Below are positions 58,549 to 64,000 of a stretch of DNA of 64,000 nucleotides, piece by piece. Source of the stretch: an uncultured bacterium (GTDB lineage: Bacteria; Patescibacteriota; Patescibacteriia; UBA9570; XYC2-FULL-38-9); NCBI GenBank assembly GCA_937996685.1, contig CALKUP010000001.1:181571-245570 (forward strand). Direction: 5' to 3'. Numbering within the stretch: the first letter of the stretch is position 1; each line of letters starts with the position of its first letter. The notes under the pieces were generated by a model that searched no databases, was not told the origin of the DNA, and saw nothing but the letters and a program-made list of their open reading frames with translations. The position numbers were made by a program, and so were the translations under genes.

Positions 58549-59385
58549 ATGAGTATGAAAAAAGAATTACTTACGCAGCTGCAAACAGAGCTTCAAACCA
58601 CGTATCATGGAGATCTGAAAGCACTACTGCGCCATATCGAAAAAACGTTAGAAGGGAAGTCGAGTGTCGATTCGTCGAAGCCGCGACGAGAGCGCACTGG
58701 AGATGAGAGTGTCATTGTTACTGTGTCAGATGTGTCTCGTGAGTATCTATTTAATGGGAATACAGTTCAAGCTCTCAAGCATGCAAATGCTGAAATTCGG
58801 TCAGGTGAAATCGTGGCACTTGTCGGGCCTTCAGGCAGCGGAAAGAGTACGATGCTCCAATTAATTGGAGGACTTGATACGCCGAGTAGCGGCTCTATTG
58901 TTGTTGACGGAAAAGAGTTGTCTGCAATGAAGGAGAGTGCGCGCTCTGAGTATCGTAATCAAACAATCGGTTTTATTTTTCAATTTTTTCATTTGCAGCC
59001 ATATCTCACAGTTGAACAAAATGTAGAAATTCCACTATTATTTGGTGATGTAAACACCGTGGAGCGGAAGAAGCGTGTCGCAGAAGCACTCGCGTCTGTT
59101 GGTTTGTCGGAATATGCGAAACATCGACCCAGTCAGCTCAGTGGAGGACAGCAACAACGCGTTGCAATTGCGCGCGCACTGGTGAATCATCCAAAGGTTA
59201 TTTTGGCAGACGAGCCAACTGGTAATCTTGATCGAGCCAATGCAACAGAAGTAATGAAATTATTACACACAATTAATGAAGAGCGAGGCACAACAATGGT
59301 GATTGTGACCCACGATCACTTTGTGGCTGATTTTGCTGATCGCTCTATCGAATTAATAGACGGGACTTTGAATACACACATATGA
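58549..59385 (+). CDS. ABC transporter ATP-binding protein (MacB/LolD-like)
   Basis: GPSGSGKST, LSGGQQQRVAIARAL, LADEPTGNLD, VTHD. Confidence 0.93.
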   Translation: MSMKKELLTQLQTELQTTYHGDLKALLRHIEKTLEGKSSVDSSKPRRERTGDESVIVTVSDVSREYLFNGNTVQALKHANAEIRSGEIVALVGPSGSGKSTMLQLIGGLDTPSSGSIVVDGKELSAMKESARSEYRNQTIGFIFQFFHLQPYLTVEQNVEIPLLFGDVNTVERKKRVAEALASVGLSEYAKHRPSQLSGGQQQRVAIARALVNHPKVILADEPTGNLDRANATEVMKLLHTINEERGTTMVIVTHDHFVADFADRSIELIDGTLNTHI

Positions 59386-60821
59386 AACATCGTGATGCAC
59401 TTCGGATTGCCAGTACAAAATTTCGCACTCGAAAAATCCGCACCGCCTTTTTAGTCTTATCATTAGCCGTTGGCTTAACAATGATCGCTGCTCTTGCTGG
59501 AGGAGTTGCGGGAGTGATGAAAACAGCGCGGGCTATTTTTCTTGACGCTGGACAAGGGCGATATTACGCAGTTGAAGTAACAACATTGAACAGATCGGAA
59601 AATACAGTTGTTGAGGCAAAAAAGCCATCCATTGATGTTGGGTCATATATACAAGAGCGAAAAGAACAATACAGTCAGAAAGACATCTCTGTTCAGCAGG
59701 TGCAGATGATTATGGATAATAGTCTCAAGCAAACGCTGACGGAATTGCCTGAACTAACAACAATGAGTGGATTGTTATCGTTTCAAACGAGCGATGCGCA
59801 ATTTATTCAGTCGTATATTATTGACCCGACAATTCAATGGGACACGCCTCAAGACAGTATTGTTCCGGTATTGGTTCCGACAGCGGCGTTAATTGGTGAT
59901 GGTGGTCCAGATTGGTACAACAAGTCCGCGAAAGAGCAATATACCTTTTTACAGGAACAGCAAAAAAAGTACCTTGGAAAAATCGTCCAGTATCATTCAA
60001 TAAAAGCAAAATCAGAGTCGAATACAACTACTACAGAAGTGACTGGCAAAACACAATATAAGATTGTTGGTTTCGCGCCAGAGGATTTATATGCCTCGAA
60101 TCTCTATCAGTCTGGTACTTTTATTGTTCCAAATTGGGCTGCAAAAAACATACCTGAAGTACAAGGATTATTTGAACAAGGAAATTATCGTACACTGATT
60201 GCGTTTGCAAATAAAAAGGATCGTAATGATTTTATAGCAGCAAAGCAAGGGCAGCAAGTACAAGAGGTAGAAAAAAGAACAGACGCTGCTTCAGGCGAGA
60301 CACTTGAGTTTAGTCATTATTTTATGCCTGCACAAGGTCGCTTTGATGCGTTTTCGGAGATTGCAAGTCAGTTTCAAAAATTCTTCTTTGGTGTTGCTGG
60401 TTTCTTGCTCGCCATCGGTGAAATCATGTTGCTCTTAACGGTTGGACGAGTCGTTGCAGATTCTCGGAAAGAAATTGGTGTGTATCGAGCAATTGGAGCG
60501 AGTCGCTCGGATGTGCGTAAAATATTTTTTTGGTACGTTTGTGTGTTAACGGCAGCTGCGACATTCATTGCTGTGGTTCTGGCTATTACTGGGCAAATTA
60601 TCGCGTCTGTGAAATGGGGCGAGCAACTGTTTTATGGACTTGTGCAGTTTAGCGGGAACGCTGCGGTGGTGGCTCAGCCGAAGTATTTGTTCTTAGGAAC
60701 GAATGGTCTACATATTCTTGCATTGTTTGGCTTTGCGTTTGTGTCGGCGCTCGTCGCTTCAGCAATTCCAATTTTCCGCGCCTCACGGATTGATCCAATC
60801 ATCGCTTTAAAAGAAGAATAA
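59382..60821 (+). CDS. FtsX/MacB-like ABC permease
   Basis: RKIRT.F, RKEIGVYRAIGA, ASRIDPIIALK; large extracytoplasmic loop. Confidence 0.88.
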   Translation: MKHRDALRIASTKFRTRKIRTAFLVLSLAVGLTMIAALAGGVAGVMKTARAIFLDAGQGRYYAVEVTTLNRSENTVVEAKKPSIDVGSYIQERKEQYSQKDISVQQVQMIMDNSLKQTLTELPELTTMSGLLSFQTSDAQFIQSYIIDPTIQWDTPQDSIVPVLVPTAALIGDGGPDWYNKSAKEQYTFLQEQQKKYLGKIVQYHSIKAKSESNTTTTEVTGKTQYKIVGFAPEDLYASNLYQSGTFIVPNWAAKNIPEVQGLFEQGNYRTLIAFANKKDRNDFIAAKQGQQVQEVEKRTDAASGETLEFSHYFMPAQGRFDAFSEIASQFQKFFFGVAGFLLAIGEIMLLLTVGRVVADSRKEIGVYRAIGASRSDVRKIFFWYVCVLTAAATFIAVVLAITGQIIASVKWGEQLFYGLVQFSGNAAVVAQPKYLFLGTNGLHILALFGFAFVSALVASAIPIFRASRIDPIIALKEE

Positions 60822-60839
60822 CTATTTTGTTTGAGTGAT

Positions 60840-62240
60840 ATGATTTTTCCAAAACCAACGAAAACACTCTTGCAGCTCCTTGGTCCGTCAATCGTCTTTG
60901 TCGCGCTGTCTTTGAATGGGGGAGAGATGCTGCTGTGGCCGAGCCTGACTGCCAATTACAGTATGCGCATTTTGTGGCCGCTGCTTATTATTCTCACACT
61001 GCAATTTATCGTCAATATTGAAATCGAGCGATATACATTAGTCACCGGAAAAAGTACGGAAGCGAACCTCACACAAAATATTCGTTGGCTATCTGTTGTG
61101 TTTGTGATCGCGGTGCTCGTCTCACTTGTCTGGCCAGCCTGGATGTCAACTGCGGGGAACATCCTCGCGACGCTCGTGCTCCCGCAAGCAGCTCCAGCTG
61201 CGGTGCGAAACGCCGGCTTGGTGTTTACGATTATGTTGATGTGTTTGGTGACAATTGTGTTTGTGATGAAAAACACCTACAAAATTTTGGAGTCTGTCTC
61301 ACGCGTTGGCTTAGTCTTCGCGCTCGGGATTATTTTTTTGGTGGTTGTGTTGAATTTTGACGCAGCCGCCTTATTTGAAGGCGTGCGTGGAATTTTTGCA
61401 TTTGGCTATGTGCCGCAGACACTTCCGCGGTTTGATTTTTTGGGAGCTGTGGCCTATGGCGGTGTGGCTGGTGTATTGAACTTGGTGCAAAGTGAGTGGA
61501 TTGCGAGTAAAAAATATGGCGCCGCAGCGCTCTCTGAAGCAGACCGCATGGCGATTGACTGGAGTGCGTCAGAATCTCAGTCGAATTTTCGACACTGGTT
61601 TTCACTGGTGAATCGTGAACATTTTCTCTTATTCTTTTGCGCAAATCTCTTTACTATTTTTGTTTTGTCATATCTCGGAACACTGTTGTTACCAATTGGA
61701 ACAGCGCAAGGATTTGGTGTGTTGCAAAAAGAAATTGCCGTACTCAATAGTCAGATTCCGTATCTTGGCGTGGCGTTCGGCGCTGCGACCTTTGTTATTT
61801 TTGTGATGGCAAATGTGACCATTTTGGATGCGATTGGCCGTTTGGTGCATCGCGTGATTGAAACAAATGCACCGAATCTTGCGCGTCGTTTACAGCCAAG
61901 TCGCGTCAGCTTGATTGCGATTGGGCTTGGGGTTCTGATTCTCGGACTATCAATCGTCAATGAAAATTTTAAACAACCATATTTTTTGCTCGTGATGTCA
62001 GCGAGCTTGTCTTCATTGGTAATGTGGTTGTATCCGCCGCTGCTTCTAAAACTGAACTTGCAATTACCACAAGCGGCAAGGCCCGCGTTGTGGCGACAAA
62101 TTGGGATTTCTGTGTGCACGCTGTTTTATGGTGGAGTCGGGCTTTGGGCACTGTCGAGTATTGCGCCGCTTTGGAGTGTGATTGTGCTCGGAGTTGTTGT
62201 GACAAGTTACCAGCTCTATATCGTTTTTATAAAAAAATAG
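60840..62240 (+). CDS. Nramp-like/APC-superfamily membrane transporter
   Basis: LGPS.VFVA..LNGGEMLLWP, IERYTLVTG, about eleven hydrophobic segments. Confidence 0.7.
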   Translation: MIFPKPTKTLLQLLGPSIVFVALSLNGGEMLLWPSLTANYSMRILWPLLIILTLQFIVNIEIERYTLVTGKSTEANLTQNIRWLSVVFVIAVLVSLVWPAWMSTAGNILATLVLPQAAPAAVRNAGLVFTIMLMCLVTIVFVMKNTYKILESVSRVGLVFALGIIFLVVVLNFDAAALFEGVRGIFAFGYVPQTLPRFDFLGAVAYGGVAGVLNLVQSEWIASKKYGAAALSEADRMAIDWSASESQSNFRHWFSLVNREHFLLFFCANLFTIFVLSYLGTLLLPIGTAQGFGVLQKEIAVLNSQIPYLGVAFGAATFVIFVMANVTILDAIGRLVHRVIETNAPNLARRLQPSRVSLIAIGLGVLILGLSIVNENFKQPYFLLVMSASLSSLVMWLYPPLLLKLNLQLPQAARPALWRQIGISVCTLFYGGVGLWALSSIAPLWSVIVLGVVVTSYQLYIVFIKK

Positions 62241-62288
62241 GGTTGCAGTTTTTACACAACGTGATAGGCTAGAGGTCATTAACCCTTT

Positions 62289-62864
62289 ATGTTTATGGCG
62301 TACACACCGCAAGATTTTTCAACCCTGTTAGGACTTCCTGGTTTTTCTGATCAGTTGCTCCAAAACCATTTCAAGCTCTATGAAGGTTATGTGACAAACA
62401 CAAACAAATTAACCGATTTGTTTAAAACACTCGACAAAACAACACCAGAATATGCTGAATTGAAACGTCGTTTTGGATGGGAATTTAACGGAATGCGGTT
62501 GCATGAATTGTATTTTGCGAACATGACAAAAACATCCGCGCCTCTATCTGAAGGAAGTGCGTTGCTCGCAAAGATTGTTGAAACCTGGGGTTCATTTGAA
62601 GCGTGGCAAGAAGATTTTCAAAAGACATCTGCAATGCGCGGCATTGGTTGGACAATTTTATATCGCGATCCAGTGAGCGGTGATTTGTTTAATGCATGGA
62701 TCAACGAACATGATGTTGGACACTTGGCTGGCGGAGAACCATTGCTTGTACTCGATGTATTCGAACATGCGTACATGCTTGATTACGGTGTGAACCGTGC
62801 AGATTATATCGCAGCCTTTTTCAAGGTGATTGATTGGGAAGCAACAGAAAAGCGCTTTGTATAA
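62289..62864 (+). CDS. sod: Fe/Mn superoxide dismutase
   Basis: HFKLYEGYV, NGMRLHELYF, DVFEHAY. Confidence 0.9.
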   Translation: MFMAYTPQDFSTLLGLPGFSDQLLQNHFKLYEGYVTNTNKLTDLFKTLDKTTPEYAELKRRFGWEFNGMRLHELYFANMTKTSAPLSEGSALLAKIVETWGSFEAWQEDFQKTSAMRGIGWTILYRDPVSGDLFNAWINEHDVGHLAGGEPLLVLDVFEHAYMLDYGVNRADYIAAFFKVIDWEATEKRFV

Positions 62865-62985
62865 AGATTTCCATATTTGGCAAACTTCTGCGTCAAAAAT
62901 TCCGGTGCTCCTTCACCGTAGTTTTACTACGGCTCAGTTCACTCCTCATTTTTTCCTTGAATTTTACTCAAATCTGAAAATCTTT
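62863..62985. repeat. Imperfect palindromic intergenic element (MITE-like)
   Basis: AAAGATTTcCAtATTTG...CAAATcTGaAAATCTTT termini with an internal CCGTAGT-TTT-ACTACGG hairpin. Confidence 0.55.
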
Positions 62986-62994
62986 TTTTAAGGT

Positions 62995-63906
62995 ATGCCT
63001 GAACTTCCAGAAATTGAAACCGTCGCGCGTGGATTGCGCACGCACATCCTCGGGAAAACAATTTCCGAGGTTGTTGTGTATGACGCAAAAAAATTCAAAG
63101 GCACACCAAAACAGTTGAAAGAGTATGTGATTGGAAAAAAGGTTGTTGGTATTGAACGTCGTGCAAAATGGCTCTTGCTCCGACTTGAAACTGATTATGT
63201 CTTTATCATTCATTTGAAAATGACCGGACAACTACTGTTCGAACCAGCTGCAGGGAAGCGAGTGCGCAAGACAGAGCCCGAGGCCTATTTTCTTGGCGGA
63301 CATACCATGGAGTCAGATGACGCTGCGCGGCCGACATTTCCGAATTCACACACGCGTGTTGCGTTTGTGTTTTCAGATACATCGACGCTCTATTTTCAAG
63401 ACATGCGCCGGTTTGGATATGTTGAGCTTCATGCACCAGGCAAGGTTGATGCCTATTTTTCAGATCGCAAGCTCGCACTTGAAATTCAAGATGCAGACAC
63501 GACATTTGATTATTTCACACAGCAACTCAGCCGCCGCGCTCGCACCACTATTAAGGCCGCGCTCCTCAATCAGTCTGTTGTTTCTGGACTTGGGAATATT
63601 TATGTTGATGACACGCTGCATCTCGCGAAGATTCATCCGACGCGCGTTGTTGGAACACTGACAGACAAAGAGCTCCGCACGATCTATACCTCGGCTCGAA
63701 AAATAATCAACAAAGCGATTGATCTCGGCGGCACATCATTTAGTTCGTTTTTGCGTGTCGACGGAAAGCTCGGGCAATACTGGGAGAAGCGACGGGTGTA
63801 CGGCCGGACAGGCGAGCCATGTCAAGTCTGTAAAACACCGATTGAAAAAATCCGAGTCGCGGGCCGGGGAACACATTTCTGTCCAACGTGTCAAACAGTT
63901 TCGTAA
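62995..63906 (+). CDS. mutM: Formamidopyrimidine-DNA glycosylase
   Basis: MPELPEIET, HLKMTG, DMRRFG, GLGNIY, C-terminal zinc finger CQVC...CPTCQ. Confidence 0.96.
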   Translation: MPELPEIETVARGLRTHILGKTISEVVVYDAKKFKGTPKQLKEYVIGKKVVGIERRAKWLLLRLETDYVFIIHLKMTGQLLFEPAAGKRVRKTEPEAYFLGGHTMESDDAARPTFPNSHTRVAFVFSDTSTLYFQDMRRFGYVELHAPGKVDAYFSDRKLALEIQDADTTFDYFTQQLSRRARTTIKAALLNQSVVSGLGNIYVDDTLHLAKIHPTRVVGTLTDKELRTIYTSARKIINKAIDLGGTSFSSFLRVDGKLGQYWEKRRVYGRTGEPCQVCKTPIEKIRVAGRGTHFCPTCQTVS

Positions 63907-63907
63907 C

Positions 63908-63936
63908 AAAAAACTGCTCGGAATAGAGCAGTTTTT
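63908..63936. terminator. Bidirectional terminator
   Basis: A-run-CTGCTC-GGAATA-GAGCAG-T-run. Confidence 0.75.
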
Positions 63937-63954
63937 CTGTATCGCGTGCGACGA

Positions 63955-64000
63955 TTACGCTGCAACAGTTTCACCGTGTGCAGCTGAACGGATGCAACGT
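63955..64000 (-). CDS. 3' end of a minus-strand gene, possibly ribosomal protein bL28
   Basis: Reads ...RCIRSAAHGETVAA-stop, resembling the bL28 C-x2-C-[IL]-R-S tail; converges on a terminator. Confidence 0.4.
   Translation of the reverse strand, partial: RCIRSAAHGETVAA

Overview
This looks like a bacterial chromosome segment with the gene style of Patescibacteria/CPR. That is an inference from type IV pilus genes, compact housekeeping genes without Shine-Dalgarno (SD) sites, and archaeal/eukaryal-type enzymes. The core content is trpS (3' end), murL-murD2, gpmI, a phosphohexomutase, a head-to-head Trm9-like methyltransferase/Elp3 pair and a complete de novo pyrimidine operon (carAB-pyrB-pyrC-pyrD-pyrF-pyrE). 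It also carries nucleotide and one-carbon genes (cdd-like, LOG, PRTase, glyA, folD, prs, ndk), archaeal-type PEP carboxylase, ychF, a Trm11-like methyltransferase, pilM/pilin/pilD, ligA, gatCA, tRNA-Gly(CCC), a DedA/GT2/deacetylase/ABC cluster, sod and mutM. Scattered through this AT-richer backbone are GC-rich orphan genes that, unlike the housekeeping genes, have SD sites, structured UTRs and often a boxA-like motif. The most striking signal is at 45.6-49.3 kb: four unannotated leader-peptide attenuators, each with a leader ORF, an overlapping antiterminator and a terminator. Their leaders are enriched in different residues (Val/Ile/Leu; Ile/Leu; FFFGFFF; KKDKK), and each sits upstream of a GC-rich orphan, not an amino-acid biosynthesis gene. 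Other highlights are a stand-alone homologue of the type III CRISPR NrN (SAM-AMP phosphodiesterase) family and two orphan structured RNAs. All family calls come from motif recognition by eye; no database searches were run.
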